A DNA stretch of 64,000 nt from a virus. Positions 48,667-58,832 of the stretch are shown here, in pieces. The notes under the pieces are model-generated. The model worked only from the letters and a program-made list of their open reading frames with translations. It did not search any database and was not told the DNA's origin. Location: IMG/VR virus record IMGVR_UViG_3300032331_003094, positions 18,213-82,212 of that record. One strand, given 5' to 3'. Made by a program: the position numbers and the translations under genes. Within the stretch, counting starts at the first letter, position 1, and each line of letters opens with the position of its first letter.

Positions 48667-49910
48667 TGGACAACTCTTGGTTTGGTAAATTTTTAAATAA
48701 GGTTGGCCAGACCTATGGTCAAGTAGATAAAAATGTTTTTGGTGGGTTATTGCCTGGGGGTGCTGCTACGCCTATTGGAAGCATTATGCCGCGTTACCAA
48801 CAAGGTACGATAGTACCAGGCTTTCAAGATAAATCTCCTACAAGTCGTCTTGTATCTGCAATACCATCTGCATTAAATGTAGTAGCAAATCCAGTCGGGA
48901 CTCTTGGCCTTACAGCTGCTGCTAAACAATGGCCAAATTTAATTAATGTTTCGGGAAATGAAAATACTAGGCCTGCATTTGTACCAGGTCCTAATGCATT
49001 TTTAAAATTACCAAAAGGATTTAAACCAACAATTGGAGCGGATCCGGTCACATTAAAAACTTCTGAGTTAATTGATTCTGCTGCTTCTGGTGTAGCTGCT
49101 GCTCAACCATTCATTTCGAGCACACTTAATAACGCTCCTCAATTTGTACAACAAGGTGTTGAGTCCGGGTTAAATAAACTTCCTATTAGTGCAAATTTAT
49201 TTTTACGTTATTACACTGGATTAAAGGATAAAGGGTTAGAGCTACCTAAAGATTTTACTAATCAAATTTCAACTGGCATTGGGCAATCTCAAAAAAACCT
49301 TCCATACACAAAACAAATAGTTAGTTCTAATATTAAAGAACTTTCATCTGAATTAAATAATATTAATGACGCTTTAAAATCGGGGCAAAACTATGAAATA
49401 AAGCAGATGGGCCCGCTGGGTCCGGGGATGTCAATGGGAGTTGGCAAATCAATTGGTGGATCTGCTCTTCAAAGTTTTAGAAACCGAATTAATAATCAAC
49501 TTGCTGAAGCAAAATCAAATCAAAATACTTTAAATCAAGGAGGGATACCTGTAATTCCTTATGGTACTGGATCAAATAATCCAATGAGTTCTATATCAAC
49601 TTCATTAGGGAGAGCTGTTTTTTATCCTAAGCCTGGTGGTGGTTATGGTACAAATGAAACTTATGATTTTTTCTACGGAAATGCAGATAAAAAAACAGGG
49701 CCAGATGTTTTATTTACCCCCACGGGGGACAGAATAAGATTAGATTTTAGCAACTCACAAGCAATGGCACAGGCTGTTGCAGGATCTTTATTAAATCCGG
49801 GCTTCACATCTGACGCAACAATGGCAGCTCCTACAAATTTTGGACGTGCAATTGTATCTAAATTGCCTGAGCTTGGTTACAAATATAATATTAATATTCC
49901 AGCACGTTAA
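48666..49910 (+). CDS. Hypothetical, possibly internal virion protein
   Basis: 414 aa G/P/N-rich, AT-rich DNA. Confidence 0.6.
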   Translation: MDNSWFGKFLNKVGQTYGQVDKNVFGGLLPGGAATPIGSIMPRYQQGTIVPGFQDKSPTSRLVSAIPSALNVVANPVGTLGLTAAAKQWPNLINVSGNENTRPAFVPGPNAFLKLPKGFKPTIGADPVTLKTSELIDSAASGVAAAQPFISSTLNNAPQFVQQGVESGLNKLPISANLFLRYYTGLKDKGLELPKDFTNQISTGIGQSQKNLPYTKQIVSSNIKELSSELNNINDALKSGQNYEIKQMGPLGPGMSMGVGKSIGGSALQSFRNRINNQLAEAKSNQNTLNQGGIPVIPYGTGSNNPMSSISTSLGRAVFYPKPGGGYGTNETYDFFYGNADKKTGPDVLFTPTGDRIRLDFSNSQAMAQAVAGSLLNPGFTSDATMAAPTNFGRAIVSKLPELGYKYNINIPAR

Positions 49911-50161
49911 TCTACCCAGTGCTCTAGCCTGTGGCAGTTGCAGCACAGCGGAATACATTTCTCAATTTCTTCTTGGATACGGCGCCAGCTGTATCCATGA
50001 TTGACCATTTTAGATACGTTTAAATCCTTGTCACCTACATGGTGAAACTCAAGGACTCGATGGTCGGATAACTCACAGTGGTCGCAACTTAAAGTTTTTT
50101 TGTACGCAAGAAACCGCTGACGATTCTTTTCGATACGTTTACGATTTTGGGTCCAGGTCAT
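49907..50161 (-). CDS. Small Zn-binding HNH endonuclease
   Basis: CDHC...LEFHH...KCIPLCCNCHRLEH. Confidence 0.8.
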   Translation of the reverse strand: MTWTQNRKRIEKNRQRFLAYKKTLSCDHCELSDHRVLEFHHVGDKDLNVSKMVNHGYSWRRIQEEIEKCIPLCCNCHRLEHWVD

Positions 50162-50328
50162 TTAAAAATATTTTGGGACCTCCTTCTAGGCTATCTGCCT
50201 AACGAGTATCCCCGGCCCGATACTAATACATAACGGGTGCACAGTTAGTATAACAAAAAACCCCGGTTCAAGCCAGGGTAAGTAAACAATCCATACCCGC
50301 CCCTTCGAGGGGTGGACAGTTAATTTTA

Positions 50329-50493
50329 CTATTTCTTTTTATTTTTGGATTGGGAATCCTTTAATGCTTTGGCGGTTGGTGCACCCTTAGCACCAGGCTT
50401 ACGCATCTTTTCGCCACTACCTTTTTCAATCCGTTCGCGCTTGGCACGGATGTTGTCCCACAATCCGGGATCACCTGGTTTCTTTTGAGGCAT
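50329..50493 (-). CDS. Small basic protein (54 aa, below the ORF-track cutoff)
   Basis: GLWDNIRAKRERIEKGSGEKMRKPGAKGAPT. Confidence 0.65.
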   Translation of the reverse strand: MPQKKPGDPGLWDNIRAKRERIEKGSGEKMRKPGAKGAPTAKALKDSQSKNKKK

Positions 50494-50624
50494 TGGCTTG
50501 GTTACGTTCTTTTAAAATTTTAGCCCACTTACATGGAGTTGTTTCAATAAGAATCATCTCTGCTTTTGTGGGCCTTGGCATCCAGCTTTGTAGAGACTCC
50601 AGGAATCCTTGGAGGCGTTCTTCA

Positions 50625-50837
50625 TCAGAAGGTAAATGTCTGTCCCTTTTCTTCTGGTGGTTTTCCAAGTCTTTCCATAATGCTATCCATACATTCTAAA
50701 GATTCAAGACGCATGAGAATATCTGCAATCGTATTGATTGTGATTGGATGTTCAGCGCGTGCAGCAAATGCCAATGCATCACGCAATGCATCGGTTGCTT
50801 GCTTGACTGATTCTTTGACCTGATTAGAAAGGGCCAT
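50625..50837 (-). CDS. Hypothetical protein
   Basis: MALSNQVKESVKQATDALRDALAFAARAEHP. Confidence 0.6.
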   Translation of the reverse strand: MALSNQVKESVKQATDALRDALAFAARAEHPITINTIADILMRLESLECMDSIMERLGKPPEEKGQTFTF

Positions 50838-50976
50838 TTCAGATTGTTTGGGTGTTCTCAGTATAGGGCTGACAATTAACATCTGTATCCTGTAGGCTAC
50901 ACTTATTGTGACATGAGGGTGTTCAGGGTATTCGCTATTTGCGGATAGAGAATACCCTATAAATCTGTAGTGTTTA

Positions 50977-51576
50977 CTAGAGTTCTTGCCAGATCCAACC
51001 GACTTGGTAGTCGTCAAAATACGGTTCAATATCCAGGGATTCCATTAATTCATAGATGAGGCGCCCCTTGCCAAGGCGTTGACCGTTAGGTGTTTTGATG
51101 TTGTCATCCACTACGATCAAGGTACCATCCTTGATGCAGTTCTTAGCTGCAAACAATTCCTTTAAATGGTGAGAGGCTGGGGCCCAGTCGTTGTTCCAAT
51201 CTTGGATGTTGTAAGAATCCAAGTAGAGAAGATCAACTTTACCGTCTAGGGTGCCAAGGAATTCAACTGAGTCGGATTCATAGACTTCAGTAAAGACGGT
51301 ATTGGCCTGGGCAAGTTTGCATGCCTTGGGATCAATGTCCACAGACAGGACGCTGCCGCCGTGGTAATCCACGAACATATCAAACAAAAGCGTGGAGCAG
51401 CCATCGCCTTCGTAATTGTTTTCCTCTCGGTAGGTACCGGTCTCTACAATGATTGGATTCTTGCGGTCGGATAGGAAATCAAAAATTTTTTGAAATCCTT
51501 CTTTGCGATTATTAAGGCGGGGCTTGATGCCAGAGAAGTATTCTTCCCAGGATGCCGGAGGATTAGCTAGTCTCAT
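50977..51576 (-). CDS. Class I SAM-dependent methyltransferase (Methyltransf_24-like)
   Basis: IVETGT, LSVDID, SDSVEFL, DLLYLDS, LIVVDDN. Confidence 0.8.
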   Translation of the reverse strand: MRLANPPASWEEYFSGIKPRLNNRKEGFQKIFDFLSDRKNPIIVETGTYREENNYEGDGCSTLLFDMFVDYHGGSVLSVDIDPKACKLAQANTVFTEVYESDSVEFLGTLDGKVDLLYLDSYNIQDWNNDWAPASHHLKELFAAKNCIKDGTLIVVDDNIKTPNGQRLGKGRLIYELMESLDIEPYFDDYQVGWIWQEL

Positions 51577-51853
51577 GTCAGGAAATGCTCACAGATCAAT
51601 ACGGATGTAGTCCAGGCCCTCGGCCTTGAGTTGTGCCTCATGTTCATCTGCGGCATTCTCGTCGTAATCATCAAATGCCATCTTGTTGAAGCCATCAGGG
51701 GTTTGTTCCCCGTAGTAAAAACGTACTAGTTTACAAGACATCCAGCAAGCATGGGTAGTTATGCACCAAGAATAGCAAGATTGTTTTACTTAGTGCTAAA
51801 TCTACGGTCTGTTGACATATGTATTAGAGTGTAAACAATATACAAAACCTGTA

Positions 51854-52657
51854 ATGGTTTACGACATGCGCGACCTTAACCGGTCGGCTGCCAGGATTAC
51901 ACTCAACGGGAAGCGGCATTACACTACACCGCTTGAAACGGGACCTGCACCTTCCGTTACCACAATCCTTTCGGAAACTGCATCAGAAGCCAACAAGAAA
52001 AAGTTGGAGATGTGGTCCAAGGCAAACCCTGGTGTTAAAGAGGCTGCTGCTGAGCGGGGTACAGCTATCCACTACGGGATGGAACAGTACCTAAAAGGGA
52101 ATAAAACCCCTGAGATCCATGAAGATTACGCAAACTTTTGGGCGGGTATGCCGTCGATATTGGACCAATTCACGGAGGTCCTTTGGGCGGAATCGCCGGT
52201 ACTTGACCGTTTTAATTTTACTGTTGGTGCCGATGACGTGGCTCGCGTGTGGGGTTGCGATGATGAAGGGCGGGCATGGGCTGGCGCTCCTGACATCATT
52301 GGGGTGGTTAATAACAAGCTCACTCTTGCTGATTTGAAAACCAGCGTCAAACCCTATAGTCGCAACTGGCCTAAGAACCTGGAGAAAGGTTCGCCTGAAT
52401 GGCGAGATCTGTTAGGGGGGCATATGAAATTTAAAAAAACCTTGAAGCAACTTGCAGCATATGACATTGGGATTGAACAGACCCTTGGGATGACGGTCCA
52501 GCAAGCAGCCATCTTGGTCTCTACCCCCCTACGCACTCAGATCTTTAAGATCTCCAGGAGGTTCCTTGATTCGTTGCGGAATGACTGGTATGCAATTGTT
52601 GAGGAATATTACAAACAGATTGAGAACTGTAACGTATATGATCCGGATTTGATTTAA
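51854..52657 (+). CDS. PD-(D/E)XK exonuclease
   Basis: PSVTTILS, AAERGTAIH, AGAPD, ADLKTS, QLAAY. Confidence 0.88.
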   Translation: MVYDMRDLNRSAARITLNGKRHYTTPLETGPAPSVTTILSETASEANKKKLEMWSKANPGVKEAAAERGTAIHYGMEQYLKGNKTPEIHEDYANFWAGMPSILDQFTEVLWAESPVLDRFNFTVGADDVARVWGCDDEGRAWAGAPDIIGVVNNKLTLADLKTSVKPYSRNWPKNLEKGSPEWRDLLGGHMKFKKTLKQLAAYDIGIEQTLGMTVQQAAILVSTPLRTQIFKISRRFLDSLRNDWYAIVEEYYKQIENCNVYDPDLI

Positions 52658-52772
52658 AGCTAGTCGTGGACTGGGTTTTGAGTCTCATTGGTCCCATAAA
52701 TTTTAAAAATTTTAGAGTAATTTGATGGGTAAATCGGCGTAGGATAGATAAAGTCTCGGCCGCCACCCCCGT

Positions 52773-52964
52773 ATGATGGACATTTACATCAGTGTTGGGG
52801 AGTGGATCAATAGCCTACAAAGCCATATGAAAATGGCTGTGGATGGCACTTGTTTTCACTTGCCTACCCCCATGCACCTACATGCGTTTTGGCTTGTGAA
52901 GGATAGCTGTTTTCCTGATCGAAACTTTAAAGTGTTAGTAGAAACCACGGACGTAGCCAAATGA
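52773..52964 (+). CDS. Hypothetical protein
   Basis: 63 aa, ATGA overlap with the primase gene. Confidence 0.55.
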   Translation: MMDIYISVGEWINSLQSHMKMAVDGTCFHLPTPMHLHAFWLVKDSCFPDRNFKVLVETTDVAK

Positions 52965-55609
52965 CCAGCAAAAATCAACAGGCCTTGAAGCCGGGGCAGA
53001 TTCGGCTCGACTTCATTTCAATGGATTGGCCACTGACACCTCTTGGTGCCAGGAAAGATCCCTACGTCCAGGGCTGGCAGATCAAACCGTTTAGCGTTAA
53101 GGAAATTGAAGAGGAAATTGTAAGTGGTGACTGCAAGGCTGTTGGTCTGATCAGTGGTCCGTGCTTCAACAATCCCTATGGGTTGGTATGGGTTGACGTT
53201 GATGGCCTAAGCGTCTACCCCTTGGTCAAGCAGCTGGCTGAAGAAACTGACTTCGATAAAGCCTTACCACCAACGCTGACGATTTGTAGTGGGAAGGCGG
53301 GACGCGAAAGGAAACTTTACAAATTAGCCAGGGATAAGCATAAGCATTTCGTTCGTAATAAGTACACCTGGCATGGGGAGGGCAATAAAGAGAAACTTGA
53401 AATTCTCTGGGCTAAGCACCAGGGTGTTCTCATGGGTTTGCATCCTGAGACTGATGGTTACTACACCGCAGAAGGCCAAGGTTTTGAGTGGGTTGATAAC
53501 CTGCCCGAACTCCCGGACTGGATATTGAATGGCATCATTAACAAAAATGTAAAGCAGGGGATTCCGGCGACGGAAGTTACCCGCATGGTTGGTCCGCATT
53601 TTGCGGTGCAAGCTGAAATTAACTTGGCTCGTGACATGCAACTGGCACAGGAAGCCATGTGGTCACTGCCTGTTGATGCCTGTGATGACTACGACATCTG
53701 GATCACAATTGGTCAGTCGCTTCACTCATTGGATGAATCCCTTCTTGATACTTGGGATGAATGGTCCAAGCAATCAGATAAGTACAGGGATGGTGAATGC
53801 CATAAGCGTTGGCTTTCCTTTAGTAAAGGTGGCGGTCGCGGTATGGGTTCATTGATGCACATCGCCAAGGAACATGGCTTTAAACCTTCCCAGGAATATC
53901 GCGCCATGAACGTTGATGATGAAACCCTTGATCATGCATCTCAGTTACTTGAACAACTTGAAGAGGAATTTGAAATGAATCCAGAAGTGTTGGAAGCTCA
54001 GGCCCCTGCATTGGAACATAAATCCAAGTCGTCGCGGCAATGGAAGGCATCACGGTCTGCAGCAAGGCAGCAGGAATCAGACAAAGAAAAAGGCGTGAAA
54101 AATCCAAAGGCCAGCACCATTACGGAAATGTTGCTGCAAATGTACCAGGGGCGCCTGGTCTTTAGTCAACCCCATGGACAGTTCTTTGCCTATGAGCTAG
54201 AAGCCAAGGGTCTCTGGTCACCGATGACCAAGATTGAAATGTTGGGTGACATCCGTGCCAGGTTCATCAGCCTGGGGGATTTCATACCGAATGGCTTTAG
54301 TAATAACCTGATTAATGATGTGTTCGCTCAGCTGCAATCCGTCGTCATCTTTGATGATTGGTACGAAGGTTCGGACTACTTACTGTTTACGAATGGTGTC
54401 TTGAATATTGAGACGCGTGAACTACTTCCCTTCAAGAGGGATATGTACTTCACCCAGCAAATGCCCTATGCCTATGATCCGCACGCAACATGTGATGACC
54501 TTATTAAATGGCTGAAGCATACGCAGCACGATAGCTGGGAACGTACGCAAGTATTAAGGGCTTGGCTGCGGGCAACCCTATTGGGGCGTTATGAACTACA
54601 AAAGTTTGTTGAGATTGTCGGCCCAGGGAAATCTGGGAAGTCGACCTATGCAAACCTGGCAGTCGCATTGGTAGGACGCAGTAATACATATAGCACTGAC
54701 TTTGAGAATCTGGAGAAGAATCGTTTTGAAGCAGCTGCTTACCTCGGTAAAAAACTATTGTTGTTCCAAGATGCTGATCGTTGGGGTGGCTCCGTATCAA
54801 AACTGAAGGCTATTACCGGTAACGATTGGATTCGTAGTGAACGCAAGTTTCAAGGCGAAAATCTTGACCCCTTCCAATACCACGGGGTTGTGATGATCAC
54901 AGCTAATGAAGCTATCCAATCAACTGACTACACCTCTGGATTGGCACGTCGGCGTCTCACTATTCCATTCGACCGGCCCTTCACTGGTAGCCAAGCAGAA
55001 CAGAAGGAGTTGATCGCCTTTAATTCCAAGGGGGAACCGCGTGGTGAATTTGCACCGATGTTGCCTGGTTTGGTGAATTGGCTCCTGGATATGGATGAAA
55101 ACACCATGCGTCAATACCTCATGGAAACCAGTGAGAAGGTGAAGTTCTTCCAGAAGTATGAGAAGATGCAAAACCTGCGTTCCAACCCAATCTTAGATTG
55201 GATGGAACACAAAATTATTTATGACCTTGGCGTCAGTTCTGCTATCGGTTTCCTTAAGAATGCACCTATGGGTTCATCCAACTTGTACTCCAACCATGAC
55301 AAATGGTTGTACGCAAGTTATGCCCAGTTCTGTCGGGAGTGTGGCGTTAACGTCATGTCGCGTGGACGATTTGAACCCCTACTGCTAGACATCTGTACAC
55401 ACCAATTAAAACTTAAGGTGTTCTCCAGGCGGAATACCAGGGGGTTGCGGATCTTTAATGTAATGATTCGTGAGTCCAGTCCTAAGTATGAAGGGTGGCC
55501 TTCCATCATTGAAGTCGCATCTGATAAGCAGCAATACAAAGAGTTTTATGGTATGGAATTAACTGCAGATAACAGTCTTACAATAGAGGATCAAGTTGAT
55601 ACTGAATGA
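52961..55609 (+). CDS. Primase-helicase (Prim-Pol + PriCT-2 + D5_N + SF3 helicase)
   Basis: VWVDVD; DYDIWITIGQSLH..WDEWSKQSDKY; LLFTNGVL; GPGKSGKST; LKAITGND; ITANE; LARRR. Confidence 0.92.
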   Translation: MTSKNQQALKPGQIRLDFISMDWPLTPLGARKDPYVQGWQIKPFSVKEIEEEIVSGDCKAVGLISGPCFNNPYGLVWVDVDGLSVYPLVKQLAEETDFDKALPPTLTICSGKAGRERKLYKLARDKHKHFVRNKYTWHGEGNKEKLEILWAKHQGVLMGLHPETDGYYTAEGQGFEWVDNLPELPDWILNGIINKNVKQGIPATEVTRMVGPHFAVQAEINLARDMQLAQEAMWSLPVDACDDYDIWITIGQSLHSLDESLLDTWDEWSKQSDKYRDGECHKRWLSFSKGGGRGMGSLMHIAKEHGFKPSQEYRAMNVDDETLDHASQLLEQLEEEFEMNPEVLEAQAPALEHKSKSSRQWKASRSAARQQESDKEKGVKNPKASTITEMLLQMYQGRLVFSQPHGQFFAYELEAKGLWSPMTKIEMLGDIRARFISLGDFIPNGFSNNLINDVFAQLQSVVIFDDWYEGSDYLLFTNGVLNIETRELLPFKRDMYFTQQMPYAYDPHATCDDLIKWLKHTQHDSWERTQVLRAWLRATLLGRYELQKFVEIVGPGKSGKSTYANLAVALVGRSNTYSTDFENLEKNRFEAAAYLGKKLLLFQDADRWGGSVSKLKAITGNDWIRSERKFQGENLDPFQYHGVVMITANEAIQSTDYTSGLARRRLTIPFDRPFTGSQAEQKELIAFNSKGEPRGEFAPMLPGLVNWLLDMDENTMRQYLMETSEKVKFFQKYEKMQNLRSNPILDWMEHKIIYDLGVSSAIGFLKNAPMGSSNLYSNHDKWLYASYAQFCRECGVNVMSRGRFEPLLLDICTHQLKLKVFSRRNTRGLRIFNVMIRESSPKYEGWPSIIEVASDKQQYKEFYGMELTADNSLTIEDQVDTE

Positions 55610-55962
55610 TGAGCAATGGTCGACACCTGATTTTGGATTTGTATGATTGCAATCCCAAAATTCTTGATGACTATGATCAACTTGAATGGTACCTGCAAAT
55701 GGCATTGTCCATGGCGGGTGCCAAGGTGTTGAGGATGATTGGTGAAAAATTTGAACCGCAAGGTGTAACCCTGCTGGCATTATTGGCAGAATCCCATGCC
55801 AGTATTCATTCGTGGCCAGAGCTTGGATATGCGGCAGTTGATCTCTATACCTGTGGTGATACAACGAAAACTCACAAAGCCGCTGAGTTTCTGAAGAAAA
55901 AATTACAGTCCAAAACTGTAGAAGAAAAGGAAATTGTACGGTCCATTACTCCGCCTAATTAG
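55606..55962 (+). CDS. speD: S-adenosylmethionine decarboxylase-like proenzyme
   Basis: GRHLILDLY, FEPQGVT, LAE|SHASIHSWPE, DLYTCG. Confidence 0.92.
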   Translation: MMSNGRHLILDLYDCNPKILDDYDQLEWYLQMALSMAGAKVLRMIGEKFEPQGVTLLALLAESHASIHSWPELGYAAVDLYTCGDTTKTHKAAEFLKKKLQSKTVEEKEIVRSITPPN

Positions 55963-55993
55963 GTATAGTTAAACGGAAAAGATCCGATTAACT

Positions 55994-57265
55994 ATGACTA
56001 AAAAACCAAAACTTCTTTGGTGTGGAGACTTGGTTGCCAAGACTGGGTTTAGCCGTGTCAGTGACGCGTTGCTTCCACGCCTACGGGACAAGTACGAAAT
56101 TGTTGTTATGGCTTCTAACTGGCATGGGGACCCCTGCCCAGACCAAAAGCTATACAAAATGTATCCTGCAAGTAACCGCTTCCAACAAGCGCCATTTGGC
56201 GAAGAACGTATTCGTGAAATTGTTGAGCTTGAAAAGCCTGATCTTATTTGTTCTTTGAATGATCCATGGATTGTTTCAGAGCAATATAGTCGAATTGAAG
56301 ATTTGCATAAGCAGGGTCGATTCCGTTTTGCTGGCTATCTCACCATGGATAGCTATAACTGGACTGGTGGTATCCATTCGCACATTAATGATTGGGATGC
56401 ATTAATTGCTTTTACTGAATTTGGTGCTCACGAATTTATTAAAGCGGGCGTTAACAGGGCTGTAGCGGTCATCCCCCACGGATTAGATCCAGATAGGTTC
56501 TACCCCATTGACAAAAAAGAAGCACGTAAACGCCTTAATTTAAAAGAAGATATTTTTGTGGTGCTGAACGCAAACCGTAATCAGTTTCGGAAACGACAGG
56601 ATATTACAATTGCGGCTTTTGCAAAATTTGCAAAGAATCGTCCAGATGCTCAGTTGTATATGCACTGCGGATTGAAAGATCAAGGTTGGGATTTGCTGCC
56701 TTTATTTGCCAGGGAAATGCAAAAACATGGACTTGATCCAAACGGTCGCATTATTTTAACTAATAACAACCAGGGGCCGCCTGATGTTTCTGTAGAAACT
56801 TTAAATCTGATTTACAACAGCGCCGATATTGGCGTCAATACATGCAAGGGAGGTGGATTTGAGTTGGTTAATTTTGAAAACGCCGCGTGTCAAGTGGCGC
56901 AAGTCGTGCCTGACCATACAAGCACAAAAGAAATTTTTCAGGGATATGGGCAACTGATCCGTTGTGATCACATTGATGTTGATACCAATTTCTCCAGGGA
57001 GCTTCCTTGCCCCTCCAGTGATCACCTCGCAGAGATTTTTTCTGATCTTTACGAAAACCGTGAAAAGCTAGATGCCACTGCAGAGCTTTGCTACCAACGT
57101 GTACTAGATCCCTGCTTTAGTTGGGACAATATCGCCGCCCAGTTTAATGGTGTTTTCGAAGATATGTTAAATGGGATTGATCATACAATAGAAGAGGAGC
57201 CTGCACCTAAAGAGAAAAAGAAGAAAAAAGAAAAACGTGAGAAGCGTCTGGTGGGTGCTGTATAG
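55994..57265 (+). CDS. Glycosyltransferase family 4 (GT-B)
   Basis: TGFSRV, IPHGLD, NRNQFRKR, YNSADIGVNTCKGGGFELVNFE. Confidence 0.85.
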   Translation: MTKKPKLLWCGDLVAKTGFSRVSDALLPRLRDKYEIVVMASNWHGDPCPDQKLYKMYPASNRFQQAPFGEERIREIVELEKPDLICSLNDPWIVSEQYSRIEDLHKQGRFRFAGYLTMDSYNWTGGIHSHINDWDALIAFTEFGAHEFIKAGVNRAVAVIPHGLDPDRFYPIDKKEARKRLNLKEDIFVVLNANRNQFRKRQDITIAAFAKFAKNRPDAQLYMHCGLKDQGWDLLPLFAREMQKHGLDPNGRIILTNNNQGPPDVSVETLNLIYNSADIGVNTCKGGGFELVNFENAACQVAQVVPDHTSTKEIFQGYGQLIRCDHIDVDTNFSRELPCPSSDHLAEIFSDLYENREKLDATAELCYQRVLDPCFSWDNIAAQFNGVFEDMLNGIDHTIEEEPAPKEKKKKKEKREKRLVGAV

Positions 57266-57288
57266 TTCCGGCGGACAGAAAGCCCATG

Positions 57289-57316
57289 ACCCCTGCCGCA
57301 AGGTGGGGGTTTTTTA
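57289..57316 (+). terminator. Rho-independent terminator
   Basis: ACCCCTGCC-GCAA-GGTGGGGGT followed by a T run. Confidence 0.85.
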
Positions 57317-57391
57317 TTGCCAGGGGTGTCTCAAGTTTGGACTCATTTGAGATTGGGGTGGGGCGGAGAGCAGAGCTGTGCAGACATAAAC

Positions 57392-57737
57392 GTACAGTAC
57401 AAGTACTTTTATTTTCTATAGAGCAACTTTACAGTTTGGGCAAAAGTGTACGGTTTAGTAGTACAGATGTTTTGGAATTGGGCTGCCAGGGGAGTACAGG
57501 TGTATTGGTTTGGGGGTTTTGGGTGCTCATTGTGAGTCTTAAATGAGATTAGGGTGAGATTGCTGGTTGTCTCATAGAGGGATGCTTCGGCTGCCTCCGG
57601 GGGGAAGGGGGGGGGCTCATGTCTCAAGCTAAGTCTTGATGAGACGTACTGGAAACATCTTATTCATGAACGAAATCGTACACTTTGGTCAAAAGTGTAA
57701 AGTTGCTCTATAGAAAATAAAAGTATAGGTATTGTAC
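57392..57737. repeat. Long inverted repeat (perfect 30-bp cores 57404..57433 / 57696..57725), candidate replication origin
   Basis: TACTTTTATTTTCTATAGAGCAACTTTACA and its reverse complement, in a non-coding gap. Confidence 0.85.
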
Positions 57738-57798
57738 ATTTAACTCTGCATCGCCCTGCAAAAAGTGTGGTACTGTACGTTTGCAATGGTTGGTTCCC

Positions 57799-58137
57799 AT
57801 GCCACGGACCTACAGGCCCATGCCTCCCCTCTGGTACGTCCAGCAGAAGCTCAAGCTCTCTGATCGGTATCCCAGCGGCCTTGAGTGGGCCGAAACAACC
57901 AAGCGCCATGAAAAGGGTCAAATGGCGGGAAGGCTCGACCATGCGGGCACCCATTACACCGTCAGCCTGGGCGGCGAGAGGTTTGTGACCCACCGGCTGA
58001 TGTACTACTTGAAAACGGGAGACGACCCGGGTAGTTCAGATGTACTACTAAAGAGCGATGGAACATTTGAGCTTTACCAGCGGAGGGCAGTCCCCTCTCG
58101 CAGGCGTCGCAACAATCGCAAACAAGACTCACTCTGA
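57799..58137 (+). CDS. Degenerate HNH-endonuclease-like protein
   Basis: GQMAG...YTVSLGGERFVTHRLMYYLKTG but no H-N-N core. Confidence 0.55.
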   Translation: MPRTYRPMPPLWYVQQKLKLSDRYPSGLEWAETTKRHEKGQMAGRLDHAGTHYTVSLGGERFVTHRLMYYLKTGDDPGSSDVLLKSDGTFELYQRRAVPSRRRRNNRKQDSL

Positions 58138-58139
58138 GA

Positions 58140-58811
58140 ATGGCTAACTTAATTCCCGACCCCAACGCAACTTTTCGCTACATCAATCTCATTGATAATC
58201 TCAGTGAGTCTCAACTAAAAGAAAAAGGTTATTACCTTGGTTACCCATGCCCCCATGGTCATGTCATTCGGGACTCCACGGGTCATTGGTGCTACCACTG
58301 TGCCAACAAGATCCTTTCCAATGTCTGTGGTTTTGATGTCAACTACATGCACTTGGCATACAAATCAAAGTACGCAGGCCTCTGGAAGAAAGTTCAAATC
58401 GGGTTCCCAGAGGACTGTTGGCCTATCGCATCGCCAACCGGCACCTCACCCAAGAGAATTTGTTTGCCTTCCTATAGGTCAGAACACAGCAGACAACGTG
58501 TTGAAAACGTCAATGTTCACAAGGCTTTGTATCAGTGTGCCTGGGGGGATGTCGGTTCTTTAATCGTTACCAGGACATGCGGTAACACGAAGTGTGGCAA
58601 CCCACTGCACATGGTGTCCAGCTGGAATCGGGTGACGCCACCCCAGAAGATTCACCCATTTGATGTTGAATTTAAAGCTGAGAAGTTAATGTTGTATGCC
58701 CGTCAAATTAATACAGGCAGAAGCATACAACCTATTGTTGAAAGGGAGTACAAACATACCATTACGCATCCCTTGGATGTTAAGGAAGTGCCCGATTATG
58801 ATGAAGGGTGA
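58140..58811 (+). CDS. Zn-ribbon + His-Cys-box-like protein
   Basis: CPHGH...CYHC; DCW; VHKALY...TCGNTKCGNPLH. Confidence 0.6.
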   Translation: MANLIPDPNATFRYINLIDNLSESQLKEKGYYLGYPCPHGHVIRDSTGHWCYHCANKILSNVCGFDVNYMHLAYKSKYAGLWKKVQIGFPEDCWPIASPTGTSPKRICLPSYRSEHSRQRVENVNVHKALYQCAWGDVGSLIVTRTCGNTKCGNPLHMVSSWNRVTPPQKIHPFDVEFKAEKLMLYARQINTGRSIQPIVEREYKHTITHPLDVKEVPDYDEG

Positions 58812-58832
58812 TAACTATTAAGTAGATAAATA

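Noticed and set aside
51854-52657. Cas4 as part of a CRISPR system
   Set aside because: Ordinary phage PD-(D/E)XK exonuclease with no Cas4 Fe-S cysteine cluster and no array
57286-57993. ORFs across the inverted repeat sharing LLFSIEQLY
   Set aside because: The shared peptide is just the translation of the two repeat arms; the region looks non-coding
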